Source: a virus
Taxonomy: Duplodnaviria; Caudoviricetes
Length of the DNA: 42,158 nt
Direction: 5' to 3' (one strand)
Virus record (IMG/VR): IMGVR_UViG_3300016476_000359
Coordinates: 1 to 42,158 of that record
The notes under the pieces were generated by a model. That model did no database searches and was not told the DNA's origin. It saw only the letters and a program-made list of their open reading frames with translations. This document shows positions 19,217-27,935 of this stretch, piece by piece (within the stretch, counting starts at the first letter, position 1; each line of letters starts with the position of its first letter). Position numbers and translations under genes: made by a program.

Positions 19217-20015
19217 CCTTCAAGAAAGTGCTAACCAGTTCGTTGCTGAACAAACAGCCAAGTATCAGGCTCCTCCTGCAGGTGGAGCGTCTACTTCTTT
19301 TGCTCCGACCTCGCTTCTCCCTGGCAATCGCAATGTAGCGTTGCAGGATACAGGAGCCAGCGCTGCAGGTGCTGGAACTTTCTGGGCTCGTCGCGGTGTC
19401 GATGCAGTCAAGGCGGATGTCGACCGAATCAATGCAGAGTTCAACGCTCGCTTGGCTGCCTTCGAGGATGAGAAAGCTCGACAGGCTCAGCAAGTAACTG
19501 GCGCTACTGGAGATGTCAAGTATGGCGACATCAACGCGGCAGGTAGAGCGTACAAGGCTGACGGCTCTCTGTCGGATAGCCGTAACGCTTTGCTCAAGGA
19601 TGCCTCGTCGTACATCGGCACTGACTATGTGCTCGGCGGAAGAACTAAGCAGGGTATCGACTGCTCTGGCTTGGTCATGGCTGTCTACAACAAACTTGGC
19701 TTCAAGATTTCACAACACTCCGCTGGATGGCAAGGTAAGAACATTCCTGGTGTCCGTACCGCTGTGAAGAACCTGCGCCCTGGCGACATCGTGGCATGGA
19801 AAGACGGAAGCCACATCGCAATCTACGCAGGCAACGGTGAAATCATCGAAGCCGCCAACACCCGTGTAGGAACTGTGCGCCGTAAGCTGTGGGCTTCTCC
19901 CGACAAGGTGTACGGAATCGCACTGCGTCTTCCTGGTGAATCGACAGGTATCGGTGTCAGCGGGCAGGTTGCCAACCGCGCAACGCAGACCTCTGCTGGA
20001 ACAAAGATTGTCTAA
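19206..20015 (+). CDS. NlpC/P60 family peptidoglycan hydrolase (probably virion-associated)
   Basis: YVLGG...GIDCSGLV catalytic Cys, LRPGDIV, SHIAIYAGNGEIIEA. Confidence 0.88.
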   Translation: MVTNLQESANQFVAEQTAKYQAPPAGGASTSFAPTSLLPGNRNVALQDTGASAAGAGTFWARRGVDAVKADVDRINAEFNARLAAFEDEKARQAQQVTGATGDVKYGDINAAGRAYKADGSLSDSRNALLKDASSYIGTDYVLGGRTKQGIDCSGLVMAVYNKLGFKISQHSAGWQGKNIPGVRTAVKNLRPGDIVAWKDGSHIAIYAGNGEIIEAANTRVGTVRRKLWASPDKVYGIALRLPGESTGIGVSGQVANRATQTSAGTKIV

Positions 20016-20290
20016 TGACTGGTCAGGAGTTCAACACCCTAGTCAATGACTATGGCTGGGCTGTCGCTGTACTCCTGGTTATCGTCGCTTTCTTTACCAT
20101 GATTGGGAAGGCTTGGAAGAGCATCGTAAAGTTTGTCAAAGTAGTCGACATCCTTATCGACTTGCCTGCTAAGTTGCAAGCAATAGAGGACAAGTTAGAG
20201 AAGGTAGAGCACGAAGTCACTACGAACTCGGGCACCAGCATCAAGGATGCGGTGCGCCGAATCGAGGAGCGCCTCAGTAAAGAGGCTTAG
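20015..20290 (+). CDS. Single-TM membrane protein, holin-like
   Basis: Hydrophobic helix, then coiled coil and NSGTSIKDAVRRIE, a pattern common in actinophage lysis-region proteins. Confidence 0.65.
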   Translation: MTGQEFNTLVNDYGWAVAVLLVIVAFFTMIGKAWKSIVKFVKVVDILIDLPAKLQAIEDKLEKVEHEVTTNSGTSIKDAVRRIEERLSKEA

Positions 20291-20690
20291 GGGTTAGGAG
20301 GCCCTGTGTTTCGAGATAGTAGTACCCGTGATTGTACGCATCAATGTCGTGGCTTTTACTGTGATTGCTCGGCCTCTGCACTCCTGAATGGAGCGAAGCA
20401 ACCGTCAGAACTGTCGGCTGTTGAAGCACAAAACGCGCTTTATTTTCTTTGGCTAGGAGCTTCAGGGCTCCGATTACTTGGACTGCGACAAACCTGCTCC
20501 CTGTCTGTGCAACTTGTCGACCGCCTCGTAGTCTGTAGTCTTCACAGACTATTGCACTGATGTTTCCCGTGAAACCATTGAGCTTGTCGAGTAGCTCCTC
20601 GAACGGCAATGCCTCTTTAGAAATAAATGTACCGTCGTCTTCCCAGTACGCTATTCCAGTAGTGTCTCCAGGGTCCACGCTCAGAATCAT
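20274..20690 (-). CDS. RuvC-like Holliday junction resolvase
   Basis: ILSVDPGDTTGIA, IVCEDY and HDIDA acidic triad. Confidence 0.78.
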   Translation of the reverse strand: MILSVDPGDTTGIAYWEDDGTFISKEALPFEELLDKLNGFTGNISAIVCEDYRLRGGRQVAQTGSRFVAVQVIGALKLLAKENKARFVLQQPTVLTVASLHSGVQRPSNHSKSHDIDAYNHGYYYLETQGLLTPKPLY

Positions 20691-22448
20691 TTACTCTCCA
20701 GTCCAGTAACCGACATCTACTGCAAAGCGTACATCGAACTTGGTGTCGCCAGTGACAGCGTTGACATCTTCCATAACTTCGCGGATGCGCTCCATGTACT
20801 CTTCGACACGCTCGGTCTTGACCTCAAAGGTGATGGAGTCGTGCACCTGCAAAAGCATGTGACAATCTTCTGACTCCAGCTCCTTGTAGCAACGAACCAT
20901 GATGCGCTCCACGATGTCAGCTGCGCCTCCCTGGATGACAGAGTTCATAGCTTTGTAGCCGTCACTCTTATCCTCGAAGTGGCGCTCGCGACCAGTCCAC
21001 ATCTTGATAGTGCCTGTGGTCTCGACCTTCTTCGTGCATCGTTCGTTGAGTGCGCGGAACTTGGGATAAGTCACGAAGTAGTTTTCACGGATGCGCTGTG
21101 CCTCAGGCTTGGTAACACCAAAAACATCCATGATTCGCTTCTCTCCTGCGCCATACTGCATCGAGTACACAAGGGTCTTCGTATCCTGTCGTGACATGCC
21201 CAGTTGCTTCGACATCTCGGTGAAGATGTCACGGCCCTCGAGAAACACCTTCTGCAGTTCCTCTTCCTTGGCGTATGCCGTAGCAAGGCGGAGCTCAAGC
21301 TGGCTGAAGTCTGCGTTGACTAGCGTGTAGCCATCCTTGGCGATAAAGCACTCCTTGACCTTGCCGTTCCACGGCTTGTCAGATGCTTTCGGAATCTGCT
21401 GGAGATTCGGCTCAGAGCACGATAAACGGCCCGTAGCGGTACCGTGCGTCTTGTAAGAGCACCGCAACCTACCGTCACTATCAAGTAGTTCGAGATAGGG
21501 CCTGTACGCGGCGCTGACGGCTTTTTGCCAACCACGGAACTCTTTGATAAGTCGAGCCACAGGAGACTCCAACTTCTCCAGCATTGTGTCGTAGTGCACC
21601 ATAGCCATCTTGTCGAATGAAGGTTTGCCAGTCTTGGCACTCTTCTTCACGACAGGAAGCCCGAGCTCGTCGATAAGCAACTTCTTGAGTTGCGTAGGCG
21701 AAGCGGGATTCATGCCAAGCTCAGCCTTGATGCGCTCCATCTCAGCCTCGCCCTTCTCGATGTACTCTTTGGCGAGCGCCTGGTCGATACGCACACCACG
21801 GCGACGCATAGCCAGCAACACGCGCATCAAGTCCTGCTTGTCGGGCCAGATGTTAGCAGGAAGTTCCTGCCACTCCTTCATCGTCTGCAGTTTGTTCCAG
21901 ACACGCCAAGTCAGCTCAGCGTCAGTGATTGCATACTCGCGTATCATCTCGGGCGTTGTGTTGCGCCAGCCTGTCTTCTTCTCCTTCTCAAGGGCAGGGT
22001 CGTAAACTTTACTTGCCCCGTCAAGGTAATACTGACCAAGCGAATCCAGCCCCTTATTGAACGGCTTGTTCTCGTTGATGAGGTGAGCCATTGTACAAAT
22101 GTCAAGGAAGTTGGTGTGGTCCATTTGGATGCCGATGGTCTCCAGCGACAGGATGTCGAACTGAGCATTAGCGAACACGAAAAGCGGTCTATCGCTTTCC
22201 AGCAGTTGCTTCAGTTTCTTGAGCGTTTCAGCTCCGTAGTTGTCACCTACGACATGCTGGAAGGGAAAGTAGTGGCTGTACGGGGTACCATGAAGAACAA
22301 ACGCAATACTCACACCGATGCACACATCGTCTTTGCCACCAACCTTGAATCCCGTTGACTCTGTGTCGACAGCAATGGTGACATCGCCAGCATCAATGGC
22401 TACTTCGAGAAGCGCTTGACCTATCTGCTCAAAGCTCGAATCCATCAT
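20691..22448 (-). CDS. polA: Family A DNA polymerase (3'-5' exonuclease + polymerase)
   Basis: ExoI DTE, ExoII NAQFD, ExoIII YAITD; TGRLSCSEPNLQQIP; motif A DFSQLELR, motif B KTLVYSMQYG, motif C QVHDS. Confidence 0.95.
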   Translation of the reverse strand: MMDSSFEQIGQALLEVAIDAGDVTIAVDTESTGFKVGGKDDVCIGVSIAFVLHGTPYSHYFPFQHVVGDNYGAETLKKLKQLLESDRPLFVFANAQFDILSLETIGIQMDHTNFLDICTMAHLINENKPFNKGLDSLGQYYLDGASKVYDPALEKEKKTGWRNTTPEMIREYAITDAELTWRVWNKLQTMKEWQELPANIWPDKQDLMRVLLAMRRRGVRIDQALAKEYIEKGEAEMERIKAELGMNPASPTQLKKLLIDELGLPVVKKSAKTGKPSFDKMAMVHYDTMLEKLESPVARLIKEFRGWQKAVSAAYRPYLELLDSDGRLRCSYKTHGTATGRLSCSEPNLQQIPKASDKPWNGKVKECFIAKDGYTLVNADFSQLELRLATAYAKEEELQKVFLEGRDIFTEMSKQLGMSRQDTKTLVYSMQYGAGEKRIMDVFGVTKPEAQRIRENYFVTYPKFRALNERCTKKVETTGTIKMWTGRERHFEDKSDGYKAMNSVIQGGAADIVERIMVRCYKELESEDCHMLLQVHDSITFEVKTERVEEYMERIREVMEDVNAVTGDTKFDVRFAVDVGYWTGE

Positions 22449-23673
22449 CGTCTCCCTTCGAGAACTGCTCGTACAACTTCGACAGGTCGAGCGAGAAGCC
22501 TAAGGTCTCGTCGTCTCGTGCCATGTTGAACGGGTCAATCGTGGCACCGAGGCGGTTCTTGAGCATGTCTACTGTGAGCAACCCGCTTTCCTGTGTCTTC
22601 AGTGATACCACAAAGTCGACATCTGTTGTGATGTAGGTAGAGCCGTACACATCGGACAACTCCACACCCTTCTTCTGCCCATCGTTGGGCTTCTTGCGGT
22701 TGTGGTGAATCATCAGCATCGCGCACGAGTACTTGTTTCGCACAACCGAGAGGTAGTGGATGAGACTCTTGACTGCTTGCTCGTCTGTCAGTTCTTTCGA
22801 TGACACCTTTTGCAACGAGTCAATAATGACCACATCGGGCATGTGCTCGTCCATGATTTTGTCGAGGAACACCTGCCCCTCAGGCGAGTCAAGGTGGATG
22901 GGCATACCGAACGGGGCGACAAGGAAGTTGCGGTTGAGCGAACGCTTGTCGGTGTAGCCCTTACCAATGGTGCCCATGAACAGGTTGAGGGGAGCCGCGC
23001 CCATCTCAAGCGACAGGAAGAGCACCTTCTTGGAGCCACCACTGTTCTTCCATTTCAGGAAGTTGGGGATACCAATGGCGAGGTGCGCCCCTACAGCGAT
23101 GGAGAACTGCGTCTTACCTGTGCCAGGAAAGCCAGTGATAAGCCCGAAGCCACCTTGTGCGAGAAGCCCATCGAGAATCCAGTCAACCTTGAACTCGGCA
23201 TCCACGAAGTCTTGGTAGCCGTAGACCAGTTTGCCATCGCCCATGACAGGTGCTGTTTGGTTGGCTGACTTGATGAGGTTCGTGATGTCAATGTTCTCGA
23301 GCGAGTTGTATCCGTGCTTCTGTCGGGCACGGTTCACGAAGTCAGTGAGGCGAACATCGCGGTCACGGCGACCCTTGTACTTGCCCCAGCGGTCATCGAC
23401 ATCGTAGAGCATCGCTGCAATCTGCTCGTCAGTCCAGCCCATCTCGGCACCCATGTGTGCCAACTCGGACATCGCCGCTGAACGGTCGCGCTTGTCGGGT
23501 CCAGAGAACTCTGAAGCGGGACGGTTGAACTTCTCCAGCATCTCGGGAGTCCACTTGGCAAGGACCTTGACATCATCGATGGACGGCAGGATGCCGAGTG
23601 CCAGCGAAGCATCCACCATCTTGCGGACTGCGGGGATGTGCGCGAAGTCATTGATGCTGTACATGTCGCTCAT
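22429..23673 (-). CDS. RecA-fold (AAA_25 / RepA-like) replicative helicase with N-terminal primase accessory helical domain
   Basis: GFPGTGKT, VLFLSLEM, VVIIDSL, IHHNRK, KNR motifs; N-terminal DRS...KY..R motif; ATG at 23673 has an AAGGAG SD. Confidence 0.85.
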   Translation of the reverse strand: MSDMYSINDFAHIPAVRKMVDASLALGILPSIDDVKVLAKWTPEMLEKFNRPASEFSGPDKRDRSAAMSELAHMGAEMGWTDEQIAAMLYDVDDRWGKYKGRRDRDVRLTDFVNRARQKHGYNSLENIDITNLIKSANQTAPVMGDGKLVYGYQDFVDAEFKVDWILDGLLAQGGFGLITGFPGTGKTQFSIAVGAHLAIGIPNFLKWKNSGGSKKVLFLSLEMGAAPLNLFMGTIGKGYTDKRSLNRNFLVAPFGMPIHLDSPEGQVFLDKIMDEHMPDVVIIDSLQKVSSKELTDEQAVKSLIHYLSVVRNKYSCAMLMIHHNRKKPNDGQKKGVELSDVYGSTYITTDVDFVVSLKTQESGLLTVDMLKNRLGATIDPFNMARDDETLGFSLDLSKLYEQFSKGDDDGFEL

Positions 23674-24227
23674 CGTTCCCACTCCTTGATGATGACGGGC
23701 ATGTTGCGCTTGTGATTAGTTGTGCGGATGGGACGGAGAATCTGGTCAGCGTCCCACCCTGAAGTGTCTGCATGCATCACATAAGCGATTGCACGGTTGC
23801 GGTCTTCGAGGACTTCGATGTCATCGAGAAAGGTGTCTAACTTCCAGTAGCAGTGATTGTGCCCAGGAATCGAGGATTGTACTACCAGCGTGGGCGGAGG
23901 GACCACCAACTCGCCCTCTGTGGGCCACGGGTCAGGAGCGTTGCCATCGAAGTCAACCCACAGGCTCCAACTTCCCAGCACATTCTCTTTGGCGGGGTTA
24001 GCCGCCTTGAACAGGGCGGGCGAGAAGAAGACATTGGCTTTGATTGCTGACCACTTGAGGGTGTGTTTGATGACACCCTCAATCTGTCGAGGCCACGCAA
24101 ACATGTACGGTGTCCACTTACCTTCGTACTCGACAGGGAGGTAGACATAGGTAGGGGATTCGCTTACAGGCTCTTCTCCCCAGAGGTATGTGTAGAAGTC
24201 TCTTAGCTCAGAGGTCGCGTCATCCAT
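23670..24227 (-). CDS. RepB-like (AEP superfamily) DNA primase catalytic domain
   Basis: VFFSP, LWVDFD, PPTLVVQSS.PGHNHCYWKL, ADTSGWDADQILRP..T.NHK. Confidence 0.85.
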   Translation of the reverse strand: MDDATSELRDFYTYLWGEEPVSESPTYVYLPVEYEGKWTPYMFAWPRQIEGVIKHTLKWSAIKANVFFSPALFKAANPAKENVLGSWSLWVDFDGNAPDPWPTEGELVVPPPTLVVQSSIPGHNHCYWKLDTFLDDIEVLEDRNRAIAYVMHADTSGWDADQILRPIRTTNHKRNMPVIIKEWER

Positions 24228-24232
24228 CGATT

Positions 24233-24282
24233 TGCCTTTCGAGGGCCCGCCCCCCTGGAAAGGCAGTAACAGGGGAGCGGGC
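24233..24282 (-). promoter_or_regulatory. RNA hairpin with anti-SD loop (possible pseudoknot) upstream of the primase gene
   Basis: 13-bp stem 24245-24257/24270-24282; loop segment 24258-24265 is the exact complement of the SD region 24233-24240. Confidence 0.6.
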
Positions 24283-24295
24283 GGTCTAGCTTCGC

Positions 24296-24793
24296 TTACT
24301 TAGCGAAAGGGTTTGCTGCTGAGGTGGTGCGAACTGCAGTTGCCTTAGTTACTGCAGGTGCAGGTGCGTCGCCCTTGGCGACCTTCACGGACTTGATGTT
24401 CTGGTACATCTTGCCCTTGTTCGCACCCTTTCCAGACTGCGAGTACACCTGAAGCGTACCACGAAGTCCGATGAGGTCGTCACGGTCAACAGTGTTGACA
24501 GCCTCACGGTCGACACCGAGGTCGATGAGTCGAGCAACATAGTAGCCAAGCTTCTGGCGTTCCTTGTCGGTGATGTTCTCGGGGTCAGCGGGGAGCTCGA
24601 ACATCTCGCTCTTCTTCTGACCAGAGTCACCGAGGATGTACTCGATGATTACCCACGAACGGTCGGGGTAGTTCTGTGAGCCGTTCTTGACGAAGACATC
24701 GCCAATCTCGAACTCGTAGATGCCATCCTCGATTTCAAAGGACGGAACATCGATGTCATTGGTGTCGATTCCAAAATCGTCCAACAATCCCAT
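24296..24793 (-). CDS. Single-stranded DNA-binding protein (DUF669-like)
   Basis: DG.YEFEI, LIGLRG, YQNIKSV OB-fold-like pattern, flexible tail ending NPFAK; follows the Sak4-like ATPase. Confidence 0.7.
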   Translation of the reverse strand: MGLLDDFGIDTNDIDVPSFEIEDGIYEFEIGDVFVKNGSQNYPDRSWVIIEYILGDSGQKKSEMFELPADPENITDKERQKLGYYVARLIDLGVDREAVNTVDRDDLIGLRGTLQVYSQSGKGANKGKMYQNIKSVKVAKGDAPAPAVTKATAVRTTSAANPFAK

Positions 24794-24824
24794 GATTATT
24801 TTCCTTACTTGTAGTTGTTATTGG

Positions 24825-25733
24825 TTATTCAGTTTCACCGACGAACACAGGCTCGTCATCTTCGGTGTAATCCTCAGAGACGGGGATGCCTTCATCGGGC
24901 AGAGCATCTGACGCGATTTCTCGCGACTCGTGCTCCTCCAGCCCAACGGTGTCATCGTTGAGCCAGTCGTGCACAATCTGTACGAATGTGCCCGTGTCAC
25001 ACTGGAGGGGAAGCCCACCAATGCGAGACTTTGCGTCCACCAAGGCGCTGGGGTGCGACTGCACGAGGCGCTCGTAGGTGGTGTTCTTGCCAGAACCTTT
25101 GATTTCGTTGGTGACATGTGCAGTGACATGCATCAACTTCTGGATGCCATCGTTGTTCTTGGGCGAGAAGCCAGGCTTCGTGACCTTGACCTTGCGGTGG
25201 TCGACAGTCTCACGCTCGTGAGCAACGAGGATGACATGCAGTCCAGGGATGGCTTGGAACATCTCGACAGCCTTGCGACAAGCGTCACCAAGGGGCTTGT
25301 ACAGGCGAGCGTCCACGGCTTCTGTCGGAATCTCGTCCTTCATTGCGCCGATGTCCTCGCGGAACAGGTCGTCAAGGAGCATGTCGGCAGCGGTACTGAA
25401 CTCGTCAATGACGACAGCGCCGATGTTCTCGAAGCCCTTGTCCTTGGTGCGGATTGCTTCTGCGATGAGAGCGAGGTCGGAGAACTGCTGGTATTGGACA
25501 CGGATAACTCCGTCGACCATGCCAGGGTGGTTCTCGAGAGAGACCCAGCCTTCGCGGGTGTCGATGTAGAGAACTCGCTTGTCGCCTGAGATGTACTGGG
25601 CGAGACCAGTAGCGAGGACGGTCTTACCCGTGCCAGGCTTGCCGTAAAGCATGCACATCAGGCTCTTGTTGACACGCTCGGTGCCAAGGTCAGTCATGCG
25701 TGACAGGATGTCATTCAATCGTTTGTTAGTCAT
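24825..25733 (-). CDS. AAA_24 / Sak4-like ATPase (recombination)
   Basis: LYGKPGTGKT, LYIDT..G, VVIDE, VILVAHE, AKSR; acidic tail. Confidence 0.82.
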   Translation of the reverse strand: MTNKRLNDILSRMTDLGTERVNKSLMCMLYGKPGTGKTVLATGLAQYISGDKRVLYIDTREGWVSLENHPGMVDGVIRVQYQQFSDLALIAEAIRTKDKGFENIGAVVIDEFSTAADMLLDDLFREDIGAMKDEIPTEAVDARLYKPLGDACRKAVEMFQAIPGLHVILVAHERETVDHRKVKVTKPGFSPKNNDGIQKLMHVTAHVTNEIKGSGKNTTYERLVQSHPSALVDAKSRIGGLPLQCDTGTFVQIVHDWLNDDTVGLEEHESREIASDALPDEGIPVSEDYTEDDEPVFVGETE

Positions 25734-25735
25734 TG

Positions 25736-26653
25736 TTATTCCTCGGTGATTTCTTGAGAGGTCGTGGTGAACTCTCGTCTCTCCCGCACCTTGTATTCGG
25801 TGCGGAGCATTAGTTCGACATTACCTCCAATGAGTTCTGTCGAGCACAGGTCACGGAATGAGCATGACTGGCAGACCATCTTGTTTGCCACTCGGTATGC
25901 TCGCTCCTCCTGCTTTTCGATGGGCAGGCTCTTGAGTGCCTGCACTTCGTCAGCCACATGAATCTGCTCAAGGAAAGTTGTCTTGACCCTAGCAGGGTTC
26001 GGCTTGAGCAACATCAAGTGGTGCATCTGCTCTGCTGTGGGCTCTTTGATTTTGCGGGTACGGCACATGTTGTACGCACCGTGTGAGATGTCGTAGCCAA
26101 GTGCTCGAAGCGCTCCGATGTACTTCGGAATCTGCGGTTGCATGTCCGATGCTTCGATGGTGTAGAAGTCGTACACGAACTTGTGGTCTACGACAACCAT
26201 CTTCCCGTCAGGGTCACGAACAATGAGGTCCACGACAAAGGGGTAGTGACTGTCGCTCTCTTCGTCGTAGAGAAGGTTGAAGTCTGCTTCGACTGCAAGA
26301 ATCTCGTAGTTGTTTTTGACGAAGGGCTCCTGTGCAAAGTAGCCGATGCGCTCGTCGAACAGCGTGTCGTGGAGGCTTGCCTTCTTGGGGTCTTCCTCGA
26401 AGCCTTCCGAGACGATTGTCTTGTACTCGTCTTTGGCTACGCCAAGCGCGTAGTCGAATGACTTGAGTTGCGTCTTGACATCTTCGCCAGTGCCGATTGC
26501 CTTGTAGAAGGTCTCGAGGATGCGGTGTCCCGCCGTGCCCATTGCGAGGCTGTGGCTTTCGCTGACTCGCTGAAGGCTGAGTCCGTAGCCGTAGTAGTGC
26601 TTACGGCGACAGAGGAGGTAGGAGTCTACCTCGGAGTGACTTACTGTACCCAT
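25736..26653 (-). CDS. Cas4-like PD-(D/E)xK exonuclease with Fe-S cysteines
   Basis: SHSE...YLLC.RK, GT..H, VDLIV, VVDHK, Q...Y and C-terminal CQSCSFRDLC. Confidence 0.85.
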   Translation of the reverse strand: MGTVSHSEVDSYLLCRRKHYYGYGLSLQRVSESHSLAMGTAGHRILETFYKAIGTGEDVKTQLKSFDYALGVAKDEYKTIVSEGFEEDPKKASLHDTLFDERIGYFAQEPFVKNNYEILAVEADFNLLYDEESDSHYPFVVDLIVRDPDGKMVVVDHKFVYDFYTIEASDMQPQIPKYIGALRALGYDISHGAYNMCRTRKIKEPTAEQMHHLMLLKPNPARVKTTFLEQIHVADEVQALKSLPIEKQEERAYRVANKMVCQSCSFRDLCSTELIGGNVELMLRTEYKVRERREFTTTSQEITEE

Positions 26654-27252
26654 GATGTGTTGTCTGCTTTCTTCGGGGGCATGGAACGGGCAATCATCAG
26701 CGGTACTGCTTCACTGATGAACTTGTAGTAAGCCTTCGCCATCTTGTGCGTGTCGATGATGTCGTCGAGTGCTCGGTGCTTGATGCCCGACATTGTGTCG
26801 GGGTATCCGACATTGCATGCCTTCATCATCATGCGGATTGCGGAAGTGTCGAGGTGGCGGTGCGACAGCCTGCGGTCGAGGCGAGGCATGTACTCTGCAA
26901 TAAACGAACGGTCGAAGTGGACGCTCGCACCTGCGAGAACAACCTCCTCTTCCTGTGCGTCAATGTCCTTGATGATGAGGTCTTCGATGTCTTCGATGAG
27001 GAGCATCTGATTGCCTCCGCCTGCATAGGCGTTGGCAAAGTTTTCGAGGAGCCCACTCTTGGTGTGCATGTCGAGAACATACGAATCAACCGACAGGAGG
27101 TTGTGGATTTCTTCGTAGTCAGTGCGAACGAATGAGGTGTTGTACGGAGTTGCTTCGATGAGGTTGCGGTCGGTCATAAACCACGCCACTTCCAGAATCT
27201 TGTCGTGCTTGGGGTCGAGCCCCGTTGTTTCGATGTCAAGCCAGAGATGCAT
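26641..27252 (-). CDS. orn: Oligoribonuclease-like DEDDh exonuclease
   Basis: WLDIETTGLDP, MHTKSGLL, LAGASVHFDRSFI...MPRL, HRHLDTS, HRALDDI; ATG at 27252 has a GAAAGG SD. Confidence 0.88.
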   Translation of the reverse strand: MHLWLDIETTGLDPKHDKILEVAWFMTDRNLIEATPYNTSFVRTDYEEIHNLLSVDSYVLDMHTKSGLLENFANAYAGGGNQMLLIEDIEDLIIKDIDAQEEEVVLAGASVHFDRSFIAEYMPRLDRRLSHRHLDTSAIRMMMKACNVGYPDTMSGIKHRALDDIIDTHKMAKAYYKFISEAVPLMIARSMPPKKADNTSWVQ

Positions 27253-27308
27253 TTGTTTGCCTTTCAGATAATCAAGTCTTTGTGTGTTTACAAAGAACAT
27301 TAGCGTAC

Positions 27309-27935
27309 CTAATCTTTCGTGTCAACTTTATCGAGCAAGTTTTTCTTCGATGCCCAATACTCGTTGTTTTCTTGGATTTCTTCGGGTGTCGCCCGCGTGT
27401 CGCGGTCGTGTACTTTCACCTCACCGTACTCGGGAAGGGGAAGGTAGGGCTGGTCAGCGGGCGGACGCTCGCCATAGTATTTGTTGTTCTGGGCATGCCA
27501 ACGGTTGTGGCACGGGGAGCAGATGCGGTGCACATTGTCAGGGCTGTTGTTGATGACGGACTTGTCGGGTCCGTGGTGGCGGTCTCCCTTGTTCGGGCCG
27601 TGCTTGATGGGCTGGATGATGTTGCCGTCACAGCCGATGATGGGCTCAATGCCACCGCCTGCGTAACGCAGGAACGCCCACTCGCACTGCATGTCCGCGA
27701 AGATGGGGTACAGCATCGCTGCCCGCTTACGCCCTGTCGAACGAATGTCGGTAATCTCCGACACATCCAGCATCGGTCGTCCGACACCGCGCTTCTCTTC
27801 GACATCATCAATGATGATTTGTGCCAGTGAGCAACAGCAGTGTACGAAGCCTTCTTCAGTCTCGTCGACAGGTGCGAGGCACTCGAAGTGCAAGCCAGTG
27901 ACACATCCCCAGCACGATGAGGCGACAATGTTCAC
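27309..27935 (-). CDS. HNH-type / Cys-rich nuclease-fold protein
   Basis: RHHGPDK...N...NVHRICSPCHNRWH; additional N-terminal Cys cluster. Confidence 0.7.
   Translation of the reverse strand: MNIVASSCWGCVTGLHFECLAPVDETEEGFVHCCCSLAQIIIDDVEEKRGVGRPMLDVSEITDIRSTGRKRAAMLYPIFADMQCEWAFLRYAGGGIEPIIGCDGNIIQPIKHGPNKGDRHHGPDKSVINNSPDNVHRICSPCHNRWHAQNNKYYGERPPADQPYLPLPEYGEVKVHDRDTRATPEEIQENNEYWASKKNLLDKVDTKD

Noticed and set aside
25736-26653. Cas4-like gene as evidence of a CRISPR-Cas system
   Set aside because: Solo Cas4-like nucleases beside Sak4-like ATPase and SSB are a standard phage recombination module.
27302-27325. TTGACA paired with TACGCT on the - strand upstream of orn
   Set aside because: Spacer is only 12 nt, so not a canonical -35/-10 pair; only the -10 is kept as a weak candidate.
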